From Candidatus Woesearchaeota archaeon (GTDB lineage: Archaea; Nanobdellota; Nanobdellia; Woesearchaeales; SKIA01): DNA of 64,000 bases. Location of the stretch: positions 15,508 to 79,507 of the forward strand of contig JBLKOP010000003.1 in assembly GCA_047602905.1 (NCBI GenBank), read 5' to 3'. The position numbers and the translations under genes are program-made. The first letter of the stretch is position 1; each line of letters starts with the position of its first letter. Positions 38,013-48,469 of this stretch are shown piece after piece. The notes under the pieces are model-generated. The model ran no database searches. It had not been told where the DNA came from and worked only from the letters and a program-made list of their open reading frames with translations.

Positions 38013-39498
38013 AGAATGGGTGCGCAAAGACATGAAGCGCTTTATCAAAGAGCACGAACCAGAAATAGAAACAACAACACAAGTACGCCACGAAGACACA
38101 GCAATCACGCGCGTAGACTATCAACGACAAATACAACGAGCACTCAAACAACACCGCTTTCGAGAAGCAACAAACGTCTTTAACGACTTAAAAGAAGAAT
38201 TCCTTCACCTACCAAAAGAGTATGGCGAGCAAAGAAAACAATACTATCGCATACTGCAGAAATGCTACAAAGAAATTTATGAGTACGTAGAAGACAGACA
38301 CAAAACCAACCGCTTACTACAACGACTAGACGAAACAGCAGACGTGTTTAACACACAAGTACGCACAGTCAACCTTAAAGAAGAAGAAACAAAAGAAGCA
38401 ATACCTCCAATAGAAGAAATGATGTTTCGCAAGAAACAACTGCTACCAAGAATTGATGAAGAAACAGAAATAACCCTTCCTGAAGAACCAAACACCAAAG
38501 AACACTCTGTGTTACGACAACTATCCAGCTCACCAACAAGCAGTTATAGTCCATCATGGAACACACTAAAACACGAACAAACCCCTCCAAAAAACATTCT
38601 TGCAGAAAAGAACAAACAAGAACGCAAAGAAAGCACTCAGAAAGAAAAAAGACCAGAAAAACAACAAATAATACCTGAAAAAAAACCTTCACAACTAGAA
38701 GATACCAAAGAAAAAAAGCACTTAACAGACTTCCTTAACACAAACAACGAATTCAGCCCCAAATGGCAACCAAACAAACTTCCTAAAAAACAAAAATTTT
38801 CTAAACAACAAACGCCTCAAGAACAACAACTACAAACACCGAAAACAAACAAGCAAGCACCCAAAGAAGGATCAGAACAAAAACAACCAGCACAAGAAAA
38901 CAAACACGCGCCTGCATGGAAACCAACTATTCAACCAAGAAAACACGAGAACAAAACAAATACGCGCTCTACAAACACAAACGCTTCTCCTCCCGAATTC
39001 ACAGAAAAACCTCTGCCTAAACAAACGAACTTCAGCCCCAAATGGAAGCCAGTACTTACGCGCAAACAACAAGAAACAATACAAGAAACCACCCCTCAAA
39101 CAACAACGCCACCAGAAAGAATACTCGCAGTAGAGGAACTCACTAGACAAGCACAACAAGCACTACAAGAAAACGATCTTGAAGAAGCAAAAACTAAACT
39201 ACTAGAAGCAAGAATAGAATACTTACGAACAAGACACGAAAAACCAGAACAACTCAGCAAAATAGAACAACTAGAAAGAGAACTCGTAATACACAAATAC
39301 AGCAAACAACCACACCAACAAATAGACAAAGAATTCTTTAGCAGCCTATACACAAAAGGACTGTACGCGATGAGAAACGGAGACTACAAAACAGCAACGC
39401 AACTCTTTAGTAAACGAGTAAACCAAGCACCCTACGACATAGCAGCAAGGATACGATACCAAGAATGCAAGGAGGCACTACATGCAAAAACAACTTGA
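37996..39498 (+). CDS. Hypothetical protein with Pro/Gln/Lys-rich linker and C-terminal TPR-like helices
   Basis: GLYAMRNGDYKTATQLF...APYD; repeated SPKWxP motifs. Confidence 0.75.
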   Translation: MNVHLEEWVRKDMKRFIKEHEPEIETTTQVRHEDTAITRVDYQRQIQRALKQHRFREATNVFNDLKEEFLHLPKEYGEQRKQYYRILQKCYKEIYEYVEDRHKTNRLLQRLDETADVFNTQVRTVNLKEEETKEAIPPIEEMMFRKKQLLPRIDEETEITLPEEPNTKEHSVLRQLSSSPTSSYSPSWNTLKHEQTPPKNILAEKNKQERKESTQKEKRPEKQQIIPEKKPSQLEDTKEKKHLTDFLNTNNEFSPKWQPNKLPKKQKFSKQQTPQEQQLQTPKTNKQAPKEGSEQKQPAQENKHAPAWKPTIQPRKHENKTNTRSTNTNASPPEFTEKPLPKQTNFSPKWKPVLTRKQQETIQETTPQTTTPPERILAVEELTRQAQQALQENDLEEAKTKLLEARIEYLRTRHEKPEQLSKIEQLERELVIHKYSKQPHQQIDKEFFSSLYTKGLYAMRNGDYKTATQLFSKRVNQAPYDIAARIRYQECKEALHAKTT

Positions 39499-40942
39499 TA
39501 GCTACACAGTAACCACCAATAACATACTCGTAGACATAACCATACAACAAGACGAAGAACAATCAGTACCAAGCTACATACTTAACATCACCAACATCTC
39601 AGAGACAACCAAACTCATACTAGAAAAAATCCGTCAAGAATTCATCACGCACATGGACAGCGAAAGCATCCAACGAGCAGAAGAAGAACACGGAATAGAA
39701 GCAATACGAGAACAATTCGAGAAAGAAATACGCAAGCTACTAACAAAATACTTTCCTACCCTAGAAGAAAAAACTGAGGACATGCTCGCAAACTACCTCA
39801 TAGAAGAAAACCTTGGACTAGGAAAAATAGAGATACTCCTAGCAGACCCAAACCTAGAAGAAATAGTTGTTAACAACAGCAAAGAACCCGTCTGGGTGTA
39901 CCACAGAAAACACGCGTGGCTACGAACAAACGTAGAAATCCTTAGCGAAGCAAGAATACGCCACTACAGCATGAGCATAGGACGAGAAGTAGGCAAAGAA
40001 ATAACTGCGCTCAGCCCACTCATGGACGCGCACCTAACAACAGGAGACAGAGTAAACGCAACTCTTGAACCCATAAGCACGAAAGGAAACACCATAACAA
40101 TAAGAAAATTCGCAGACGACCCATGGACGATAACCAAATTCATCAAAGAAGGAACACTCAGCCTAGCAGCAGCAGCACTGATATGGCTAGCAATAGAAAA
40201 CGAGCTAAGCATACTCATAGCAGGAGGAACAGGAAGCGGAAAAACCTCTATGCTTAACGTAATAGCAAACTTCTTTCCCCCAAACCAACGAATAATCAGC
40301 ATAGAAGACACGCGAGAACTCGTACTCCCAAAAACCCTACACTGGGTACCCATGGAGACAAGACTAGCAAACCCAGAAGGAAAAGGAGCAGTAAGCATGC
40401 TAGACTTACTCGTAAACAGCCTACGGATGAGACCAGACAGAATAATCGTAGGAGAGATACGAAGAAAACGAGAAGCAGAAGTACTGCTTGAAGCAATACA
40501 CACAGGACACAGCGTGTACGGAACGATACACGCAAACGACGCAGACGAAGTAATAACAAGACTCACCAACAGCCCAATAGAAATACCAAAACCAATGATC
40601 AGCAGCCTAGGACTCATCGTTGTTCAGAACAGAAACCGAAGAAGCGGAAAACGACGAACACTACAAATAGCAGAGATACTGCCAACAGGAGATCCTAACG
40701 TACTCCTACAACACAACATATACACGGACTTACTCGTAAAGGTGCGTGATAGCGAGAGCGTAATGGAAAAACTCCATTTATACACAGGACTCACCCCAAA
40801 ACAACTCTCAGAAGACCTACAAAACAAGATAGACATACTCAAATGGATGGTACTACAAAAAAAAGAAGACGTGCACGAAATAGGAATGATTATGAGTAAA
40901 TACTACCGAAAAACGCTACGCATAGAGAAGGAGGAAGAATAA
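39482..40942 (+). CDS. Type IV pilus/secretion ATPase (CpaF/TadA/VirB11 family)
   Basis: EEIVVN, GGTGSGKT, SIEDTRE, LRMRPDRIIVGEIR, HTGH...GTIHA. Confidence 0.95.
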   Translation: MQKQLDSYTVTTNNILVDITIQQDEEQSVPSYILNITNISETTKLILEKIRQEFITHMDSESIQRAEEEHGIEAIREQFEKEIRKLLTKYFPTLEEKTEDMLANYLIEENLGLGKIEILLADPNLEEIVVNNSKEPVWVYHRKHAWLRTNVEILSEARIRHYSMSIGREVGKEITALSPLMDAHLTTGDRVNATLEPISTKGNTITIRKFADDPWTITKFIKEGTLSLAAAALIWLAIENELSILIAGGTGSGKTSMLNVIANFFPPNQRIISIEDTRELVLPKTLHWVPMETRLANPEGKGAVSMLDLLVNSLRMRPDRIIVGEIRRKREAEVLLEAIHTGHSVYGTIHANDADEVITRLTNSPIEIPKPMISSLGLIVVQNRNRRSGKRRTLQIAEILPTGDPNVLLQHNIYTDLLVKVRDSESVMEKLHLYTGLTPKQLSEDLQNKIDILKWMVLQKKEDVHEIGMIMSKYYRKTLRIEKEEE

Positions 40943-40943
40943 C

Positions 40944-41747
40944 GTGTTTCGCTACCTAGCAGAATACTTTCCCCACCTAAACCACCAACTACACGTAGCA
41001 CGCATAGACGCAACACCAGAAGAATTCTTACGAACAATAACAACACAAACAAGCATGTACAGCCTATTACTAGGATTTCTTTTCTTCATGCTTGCAGACA
41101 GACAAGGATGGGGATTAGAAACAGTACTTTTTGCAACAATAGGAATATGGTTGTTTGGTTTCTGGTTTGGGATGCAAAGACCAAAAATACAATCTTTTAG
41201 CAGAGCAAAAGACATAGACAAAGAAGTCATTTTTGCAGGAAGATACTTGCTTGTAAAACTACACAGCGGAAAACCACTCGTAAACGCATTATTTGAAGCA
41301 GCTAAGAGTTACGGAGTAGGAAGCAAGTACTTTGAAGAAATCGTTCGCGACATAGAACTCGGAACACCCCTAGAAGAAGCAATCGAGCGAGCAATGACGT
41401 ACACACCAAGTGATAACTTCAGAAAAATATTGTTTCAAATACACAACGCACTCAAACTAGGAATTAACGTAACCAAAAGCCTAGAAGCAGTCCTTGAAGA
41501 AATACAGAACAAACAACTCCTAGAAATACAAGACTACGGAAAAAAACTCTCCACAGTAACGCTGTTTTACATGCTGTTAGCAATAGTATTTCCTAGCTTA
41601 GGAATGACAATAATGACCATAATTCTTAGTTTCACAGAAATACAGATGAACGCAACAGCATACGCAGTAGTCATTCTTTTCTTAGTAATTCTTAACTTCA
41701 TCTTCATAACAGTATTTAGAGGGATACGACCAAAACTAAACATATGA
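40944..41747 (+). CDS. Type II secretion F-domain (TadB/C-like) platform protein
   Basis: SGKPLVNAL, ELGTPLEEAI, three or more TMs. Confidence 0.88.
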   Translation: MFRYLAEYFPHLNHQLHVARIDATPEEFLRTITTQTSMYSLLLGFLFFMLADRQGWGLETVLFATIGIWLFGFWFGMQRPKIQSFSRAKDIDKEVIFAGRYLLVKLHSGKPLVNALFEAAKSYGVGSKYFEEIVRDIELGTPLEEAIERAMTYTPSDNFRKILFQIHNALKLGINVTKSLEAVLEEIQNKQLLEIQDYGKKLSTVTLFYMLLAIVFPSLGMTIMTIILSFTEIQMNATAYAVVILFLVILNFIFITVFRGIRPKLNI

Positions 41748-42790
41748 TACGCAACGAAATACTTGAGCGCTTTGGACGAGCATTCGTGCCTCTACGAGCA
41801 CGAGAACCTCTAAGAAATTACTTACTCAAAGCAGGGTATCAGAACGTTCCGTACAGCGCGTTTGGACTCTTCTTTATCATAACACTCATAACAACGTACC
41901 TACTCTTTTTTGCAGCAATTCTTCCAGCACTACAAGAAACAACACAAGCATGGTTGTTTATCATAACACTTGGTTTCTGGATAGCGTCTTTACTCGTACA
42001 AAACGCTCTCATAATGTTTTTTATCTGGAGCTACCTGAACCTAAAAATTTATGGACGAATAAAAGAAATAGAAGACAAGCTGCCTGACTACTTAGAACTC
42101 GTTATTACGAACTTACGTAGCGGAATGAGCTTTGATAAAAGCTTATTTGGAGCTATAAGACCTGAATTTGGTGTTTTATCAGCAGAGATAGGAATGGTAA
42201 GTAAACGCGTAATGACGGGTAATGATACAGCAGCAGCGCTACAAGAATTCAGTGACCGCTACGAAAGCCCTATTCTGCGCAGAGGCTTAGAACTTATTAT
42301 CTCTGAGCTTGATAGCGGAGGAGAAATCGCTGACGTAATTGAGCGAGTAATAGATAACTTACGAAAAACTAAGCGCCTTAAAGACGAGATGAGAAGCTCA
42401 GTAATTAGTTACATGATGTTTATTAGTATCATCGTCATGGCACTAAGCCCAGTACTTTTTGCTCTTGCACACACCATTCTCTCTGTTATTCTTAGCTTCG
42501 CAGGACAAATAGGTTCAGCACCTGCAGGAGGAGTAGGAGCAGCAGCTTCTCTGTTTGATAACTTAGAAGCACTTGCTGCACAAGAAGAAATGCTACTTAT
42601 AGGCTTTAAGAATTTTAGTTACGCAGCTCTTACTACGATAAGCTTATTTGCAGGGATGATAGTAAGTATTATTGAGAAAGGAGATATTCGTGGAGGAATA
42701 AAATACATTCCTATATTCATAGCAGTAACGCTTACTCTCTACACACTCGCTTTAGGCGTTGTAGGAGGGGTGTTTGGAGGAATTGTTTGA
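41744..42790 (+). CDS. Type II secretion F-domain (TadC-like) platform protein
   Basis: IEDKLPDYL...LRSGMSF, SGGEIADVIE. Confidence 0.9.
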   Translation: MIRNEILERFGRAFVPLRAREPLRNYLLKAGYQNVPYSAFGLFFIITLITTYLLFFAAILPALQETTQAWLFIITLGFWIASLLVQNALIMFFIWSYLNLKIYGRIKEIEDKLPDYLELVITNLRSGMSFDKSLFGAIRPEFGVLSAEIGMVSKRVMTGNDTAAALQEFSDRYESPILRRGLELIISELDSGGEIADVIERVIDNLRKTKRLKDEMRSSVISYMMFISIIVMALSPVLFALAHTILSVILSFAGQIGSAPAGGVGAAASLFDNLEALAAQEEMLLIGFKNFSYAALTTISLFAGMIVSIIEKGDIRGGIKYIPIFIAVTLTLYTLALGVVGGVFGGIV

Positions 42791-42845
42791 AAACGATACG
42801 TTTAAATAGGTTTTTGAATAAGAGACAGGTATTGGTGAGTAATAC

Positions 42846-43343
42846 ATGACAAAAACACGCGGACAAGCAGCGCTAGAGTTTCTTTCAACATACGGATTTG
42901 CGTTCTTAGTCATTTTAGTAATGATAGGGGCACTGAGTTACTTTGGAGTTCTAAGCCCAGGAAGGTTTCTGCCAGAGAGATGTTTGGTAGGAGCAGAATT
43001 TAGTTGTGCGGAGTTTCAGATAGAACGAAGCGACCCTACAGGAGGAGTTGTTCGCTTCGTGTTACAAAACAATTTAGGAAATAGCGTTACGTATAACGTA
43101 TCTTCTTTTTCAGCAACAAGTGACTTTGCTTCTGCAAATACGTGTACAATTACTCCGGAGACACAAGTAGGAGGAGGAACTTCAATAATCGAGTGCTCAT
43201 TGGACCAAGCAGGTACTAGTGGAGGAAATATTCTTCCTGCAGCAGGAGAAAAAATTCGTATTCGCTTTGATGGTCGCTACACAGAACTCGGGCGAACACT
43301 TCCAAGATCCGTGCAGGGAGAAGTCTTTGCGACAGTACAATAA
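42846..43343 (+). CDS. Type IV pilin-like protein (class III signal peptide)
   Basis: MTKTRG|QAALEFLSTYGFAFLVIL. Confidence 0.9.
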   Translation: MTKTRGQAALEFLSTYGFAFLVILVMIGALSYFGVLSPGRFLPERCLVGAEFSCAEFQIERSDPTGGVVRFVLQNNLGNSVTYNVSSFSATSDFASANTCTITPETQVGGGTSIIECSLDQAGTSGGNILPAAGEKIRIRFDGRYTELGRTLPRSVQGEVFATVQ

Positions 43344-43351
43344 ATGCGTTT

Positions 43352-43837
43352 ATGAAGAAAGGACAAGCAGCACTAGAGTACCTGTTTACGTACGGATGGG
43401 CTTTTTTAGCAATTCTTCTTACGTTAGGAACACTTGCGTATTTTGGAGTCTTTGACATCAATAACTTGCGAGGAGAAACTTGTCGCTTCCCACCAGGAAT
43501 CGTTTGTGAAGAATACGCTCTTACAGACTCTTTTGATACAGAACCTTTTGTGTACGTAGAACTACGTAACGTGTTTGGAGCAATTATAAACGTTACAGAG
43601 ATGAACTTGACAGGAGCACAAATAGAAGGTATAGAGTCGTGTGATGTTAATGGTTCAGAAAGCCTTGGAGAAGTTGCTTGGGAGCATGAACAAGCAAAGA
43701 TGTTTCGCTGTGACTTTCCAAACGACCGCTTTTTTTCTCGACAAACCTATGAGCTTGTAGTATCCATGCAGTTTAGTCAGCCAGGACACACCTATATACA
43801 CACAACGTCTGGAGCTTTACGCGTAACTGCGCAGTAA
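43352..43837 (+). CDS. Type IV pilin-like protein (class III signal peptide)
   Basis: MKKG|QAALEYLFTYGWAFLAIL. Confidence 0.9.
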   Translation: MKKGQAALEYLFTYGWAFLAILLTLGTLAYFGVFDINNLRGETCRFPPGIVCEEYALTDSFDTEPFVYVELRNVFGAIINVTEMNLTGAQIEGIESCDVNGSESLGEVAWEHEQAKMFRCDFPNDRFFSRQTYELVVSMQFSQPGHTYIHTTSGALRVTAQ

Positions 43838-43918
43838 GACTTATAAGTAAACTCGCTCTTCCTAACTCTACGCGCAAGTATCATAGCGCAGTTTTATCGG
43901 AGAAGAAAAAACGGTTTT

Positions 43919-44560
43919 ATGAGCAAAGAACAACACGTTCTCAAGACAGGAACGACAACACTAGGAATAGTTGCTAAGGACGGTATCGTCATGGCAGCAG
44001 ATAAGCGAGCAACAGTAGGAAACCAAATCATTGTTTCTAAACTCACCAAAGTTATTAAGATAGGAAGACGATTCGTCATTACCATAGCAGGAACTGCTAG
44101 TGACGCGGTTATGCTTGGACGACAAATAACTGCTGAGCTAAAACTTAAGGAGCTTCGCAGCGGAAACGAAGTAACAGTTAAAGAAGCAGCTAACTTACTT
44201 GCTCAGTTCGTGTACGCAAATATTCGTCAACCAAGCACGATTCAAGGAATAACGCACTTCTTACTTGCAGGCTATGACAAAACAGGAGCGTACTTGTATG
44301 ACGTGTTTCCTGACGGAAGCATTACCGAAATAGATACGTACTTTAGTAGTGGTAGTGGTAGCGTGTTCGCGTATGGAGTTCTTGATGCGAAGTACGGCGA
44401 GGATATGAGCGTAGAGGAAGCAACGAGTGTAGCAAAAGACGCTATTCGAGCAGCTGTTAAGCGAGATAGCGCTAGTGGAAACGGCTATGACGTCGTTGTT
44501 GTTCGCAAAGACGCAATAGAAGATGTAGCAAGTGTTATGTTTAACACGACAGAAGAATAA
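43919..44560 (+). CDS. psmB: Proteasome subunit beta
   Basis: KTG|TTTLG, AADKRAT, SGSGS, RDSASG. Confidence 0.96.
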   Translation: MSKEQHVLKTGTTTLGIVAKDGIVMAADKRATVGNQIIVSKLTKVIKIGRRFVITIAGTASDAVMLGRQITAELKLKELRSGNEVTVKEAANLLAQFVYANIRQPSTIQGITHFLLAGYDKTGAYLYDVFPDGSITEIDTYFSSGSGSVFAYGVLDAKYGEDMSVEEATSVAKDAIRAAVKRDSASGNGYDVVVVRKDAIEDVASVMFNTTEE

Positions 44561-44586
44561 ACGATACTATTAGTAGGATTCATCAC

Positions 44587-46479
44587 ATGACTGATTTCAT
44601 AAAAGAAGTACTTAAGCACGTACCTAAAGAAAAAATTACTGAGGCTTGCTTTGAGGGAGCAAACATTGTTTTGTACACGAAAAGTAAGAAGTTCTTTCTT
44701 AATCATTCTCAAGAAGTGCGCAAAGCAGTTGCTGCAGTAAAGAAGCGTATTGAGGTGCGTCCAGACCCGGATATGTGTCTTTCTCAAGCCGAGGCGCAAG
44801 AGAAGATTATGAAGATGTTTGAGGAGGAGGTGGGCATTGCACAAATCATTTTTGATCCTCGCAGAAGCGTTGTTATTATTGAGGCTGAGAAGCCAGGAAG
44901 TATTATTGGTCGAGGAGGAGAAGGCCTTGACAAGATTAAGGAAGAGACGTTGTGGCTTCCTGTTATTAAACGAACGCCTCCTCTTCGCAGTACGCACTTA
45001 GAAAAAATTCGTAGTGTGCTGTATGAGAATAGTGATGAGAGACGTAAGTTTCTTAACGCTGCTGGTGAGCGTATTCAACGTCCTAAAAAAACTCCTGGTC
45101 AGGAGTGGGTTCGCATAACGTATCTTGGTAGTGGTCGACAAGTTGGTCGTAGTGCTTTGTTATTGCAGACTCCTGAGAGTAAAGTATTGTTTGATTGCGG
45201 TATTGATGTTTCTCGTGATGATGAAGAAGCGTATCCTATCCTAGAGGCTCCTGAGTTTCGTTTAGAGGAGCTTGATGCTATTGTTGTTAGTCACGCGCAC
45301 CTTGATCACACCGGTTTTATTCCGTACTTGTTTAAGTACGGGTATCGTGGTCCGGTGTATTGTACGCTTCCTACCCGTGATATTATGAGCTTAACGCAGC
45401 TGGATACGATTAAGATTGCTCGTCACGAGGGTAAAGAGCCTATTTATACTGCTGATGATATTAAGCAGCAGTTACTTCACACTATTGATTTGGAGTATGA
45501 GGAGGTGTGTGATATTACTCCTGATGTTCGTATTACGTTTTATAATTCTGGGCACATGCTTGGTGCTGCTATGGTTCACATTCATGTGGGTAATGGGCTT
45601 CATAATATTGTGTACTCAGCTGATATTAAGTACACGGATAGTTTCTTGCTTGCTAAGGCGAAAACGAAGTTTCCTCGTTGCGAAACGCTTCTTATTGAAG
45701 GAACGTATGGAGGTAAGGATAACGTTCTTCCTCCTATGCATGAACAAAACGAGATCTTTGCTGATATTATTAAGAAAACGATTGCTCGTAAGGGAAAACT
45801 TTTAGTTCCTGTTCTTGGTAGTGGTCGTGGCCAGGAGATCATGGCTCATATTCATTACATGGTTCGTAAGGGAGAAATTGATCCTGTTCCTGTCTATGTT
45901 GATGGGATGGTTTGGGATATTACTGCTCTTCACACCGCTTATCCGGAGTTCTTGAATCCTCAGATGCGTAAACAAATCTTTCATAAAGATGATAATCCGT
46001 TTTTAGCAGAGTATATCAAGCACGTTCCTAGTGGTAAGGAGCGACAAAACATTATTGATGGTGATGAGTCCTGTATTATTTTGGCTACGAGCGGTATGCT
46101 TGTTGGTGGTGCTTCTGTGCAGTACCTTAAGGGGCTTGCTGAGCAGAAAAAGAATTCTTTAGTGTTTTGTTCCTATCTTGGTCCTGGTAGTCTTGGTCGG
46201 CGCATTCATGATGGGGAGAAAGAAATTGCTTTCTCTAAGGGTAATGGTGGCCAGGACGTGTTGTACATTAACCTTGAGGTTCATAAAATTGAGATTACTG
46301 GTCACGCTGATAGGCGTGAACTTATGGCTTTTGTAAAGAACGTGCAGCCTCGTCCTAGGCGTATTATGATTAATCACGGCGAGGTTAGTCGCTGTATGGA
46401 TTTAGCGAGTTCTCTTCATAAGAAGTATCGTATTGAGACGCTTTGTCCTAAGAACTTGGATGCTATTCGTTTGCGTTAG
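44587..46479 (+). CDS. aCPSF1/FttA beta-CASP ribonuclease with KH domains
   Basis: KH region EKPGSIIG; VGRS, HAHLDH, GHMLG, GHADR, NHGE. Confidence 0.95.
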   Translation: MTDFIKEVLKHVPKEKITEACFEGANIVLYTKSKKFFLNHSQEVRKAVAAVKKRIEVRPDPDMCLSQAEAQEKIMKMFEEEVGIAQIIFDPRRSVVIIEAEKPGSIIGRGGEGLDKIKEETLWLPVIKRTPPLRSTHLEKIRSVLYENSDERRKFLNAAGERIQRPKKTPGQEWVRITYLGSGRQVGRSALLLQTPESKVLFDCGIDVSRDDEEAYPILEAPEFRLEELDAIVVSHAHLDHTGFIPYLFKYGYRGPVYCTLPTRDIMSLTQLDTIKIARHEGKEPIYTADDIKQQLLHTIDLEYEEVCDITPDVRITFYNSGHMLGAAMVHIHVGNGLHNIVYSADIKYTDSFLLAKAKTKFPRCETLLIEGTYGGKDNVLPPMHEQNEIFADIIKKTIARKGKLLVPVLGSGRGQEIMAHIHYMVRKGEIDPVPVYVDGMVWDITALHTAYPEFLNPQMRKQIFHKDDNPFLAEYIKHVPSGKERQNIIDGDESCIILATSGMLVGGASVQYLKGLAEQKKNSLVFCSYLGPGSLGRRIHDGEKEIAFSKGNGGQDVLYINLEVHKIEITGHADRRELMAFVKNVQPRPRRIMINHGEVSRCMDLASSLHKKYRIETLCPKNLDAIRLR

Positions 46480-46590
46480 AATAGTTTTTTTATTTTTTTG
46501 TTATTTTCTATATAGAAATAATATTGTTTGTTACTGTTAAGTGACTATAAATTCGTAGCTTTTATATAGTAGTTACTACATAGTAGTAGT

Positions 46591-47073
46591 ATGAGATTTG
46601 GCTTGTGGGCACTAATCGTGCTCAGCTTCACAATGGGACTCGTCACCGCCACAACACTAAGTGACAGCACCATACAATTTCCAAGCTCACCTCTCTCACT
46701 CCAAGGAGCAGAACGAATAGGCCCACAAGACTGGATCTCACAAGAACAAATACTCGTAACACAAGAAAAAGTAGAAATAAACATCCAAGGAGCACAATGG
46801 GCACGCTTCGCACCAACAGGAAGCATGAAACCAGTACTCGACCAAGGAGCATACGGAATACAAATAATACCAGAAAAACCAGAACAACTACAAATAGGAG
46901 ACATCATAACCTACGACTACAACGGAAGAAAAATAATCCACAGAATAGTAGACATACAACAAGACAGCCAAGGATACTACTACACACTAAAAGGAGACAA
47001 CAACCCAACACCAGACCCAGTAAAAGTACGCTTTGAAGACATAGAAAGAGTACTCGTAGCAATAATCTACTAG
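46591..47073 (+). CDS. Signal peptidase I (S26, Sec11-like)
   Basis: TGSMKP, GDII, IIHRI, KGDNN...D. Confidence 0.85.
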   Translation: MRFGLWALIVLSFTMGLVTATTLSDSTIQFPSSPLSLQGAERIGPQDWISQEQILVTQEKVEINIQGAQWARFAPTGSMKPVLDQGAYGIQIIPEKPEQLQIGDIITYDYNGRKIIHRIVDIQQDSQGYYYTLKGDNNPTPDPVKVRFEDIERVLVAIIY

Positions 47074-47077
47074 AAAA

Positions 47078-47512
47078 ATGCTAAAGAAACTAGACTCCCT
47101 TCTCCTACAAGCACATACACAAATAGCAAAGAAAACAAAAAAATCAGCACGAGAACTAGAAAGACACGCATACATGCTATCAGCAACTATTCACGCAGTA
47201 CAATACATACAAAACAATAAACCATCAGACGCATTTCTTGCAGTTATCAGCACAGCACTAAGCATACCAAATAGAGAAAATACCAAAGCACAAACATACG
47301 GACCAATAATGAGTCTCGTTCTACCTACAGGATACATAGTAGCTCCTTTGCTTGCAACAACAGGAATAATAGAAACAGTCAACGGAATAATAACAGCAGA
47401 TATACACACAACACAACAAGGAATAAACCACATACAAAAAGGATTAGCAACAGCAAGCTTTATGTCAGGAATGTATTTCTCAAGAGTAGAAGAAGAAAAA
47501 AAGAACACCTAA
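47078..47512 (+). CDS. Hypothetical membrane protein
   Basis: 144-aa ORF with hydrophobic segments. Confidence 0.6.
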   Translation: MLKKLDSLLLQAHTQIAKKTKKSARELERHAYMLSATIHAVQYIQNNKPSDAFLAVISTALSIPNRENTKAQTYGPIMSLVLPTGYIVAPLLATTGIIETVNGIITADIHTTQQGINHIQKGLATASFMSGMYFSRVEEEKKNT

Positions 47513-47538
47513 ATACTCTGTACTACTTCTACATATTC

Positions 47539-48438
47539 ATGAATGAAGCAACCAAACAAGACTACCTACAAGCAGGAAAAATAGTAGCGCAAGGACTAGC
47601 ACTAGGACGAGAACTTATCAAAGCAGAAAAAAACATTCTAGAAATACTACTTGCAATAGAACAACACATCCTAGATAGCGGAGCAGAAATAGCTTTTCCA
47701 GCACAAATAAGCATAAACGAAACAGCAGCGCACGACTGCGCAGAACCAAACGACAAAAAAATCTTGCAAGAAGGAGATCTTGTAAAACTAGATATAGGAG
47801 CACACATCAACGGACGAATAGCAGACGCAGCAATAACAATAGACCTCTCAACAGATAACAAACACAAAAAACTCATACAAGCAGCAGAACAAGCACGAGA
47901 CGCAGCAGTAGAAATGGCGCGACCAGGAGTAAGCCTAGGAGAAATAGGAAAAACAATACAAGACATCATCACACAAGCAGGATACGCACCAGTAAGAAAC
48001 CTAGGAGGACACGGACTAGGAGAATACGAAGTACACACAGAACCAAGAATACCAAACATAAACACAAAAGACGAAACAGTACTAGAAGAAGGAATGATAA
48101 TAGCAATAGAACCATTTGCGAGCACAGGAGAAGGAATAGTACACGAGCAAGAATACGGAAACATCTACTCCTTTAGCGGAAAAGCACGTGTACGAGGAAG
48201 ATACGCACGAGAAGCACTCAAACACATACAAACAAGAAACGGACTCCCGTTTAGCCTACACTGGCTAGCAAAACAAATGGGAGAAGGACCAGCACGATTC
48301 GGACTAAAAGAAATTTATCAAGCAGGAGAAGCACTCACCGTATACCCGCCACTAGTAGACAAAAAAGAGAGCTTTGTAGCACAAGCAGAACACTCAGTAA
48401 TAGTAGCAGAAGAACCAATCGTGTACACAAAACAATAA
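47539..48438 (+). CDS. map: Methionine aminopeptidase type II
   Basis: AFPAQIS...AAH, KLDIGAH, IADAA, LGGHG, AIEPF, AQAEHS. Confidence 0.96.
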   Translation: MNEATKQDYLQAGKIVAQGLALGRELIKAEKNILEILLAIEQHILDSGAEIAFPAQISINETAAHDCAEPNDKKILQEGDLVKLDIGAHINGRIADAAITIDLSTDNKHKKLIQAAEQARDAAVEMARPGVSLGEIGKTIQDIITQAGYAPVRNLGGHGLGEYEVHTEPRIPNINTKDETVLEEGMIIAIEPFASTGEGIVHEQEYGNIYSFSGKARVRGRYAREALKHIQTRNGLPFSLHWLAKQMGEGPARFGLKEIYQAGEALTVYPPLVDKKESFVAQAEHSVIVAEEPIVYTKQ

Positions 48439-48469
48439 ATTTTTTATAGCAAATTAACAAAAAAGCCGT

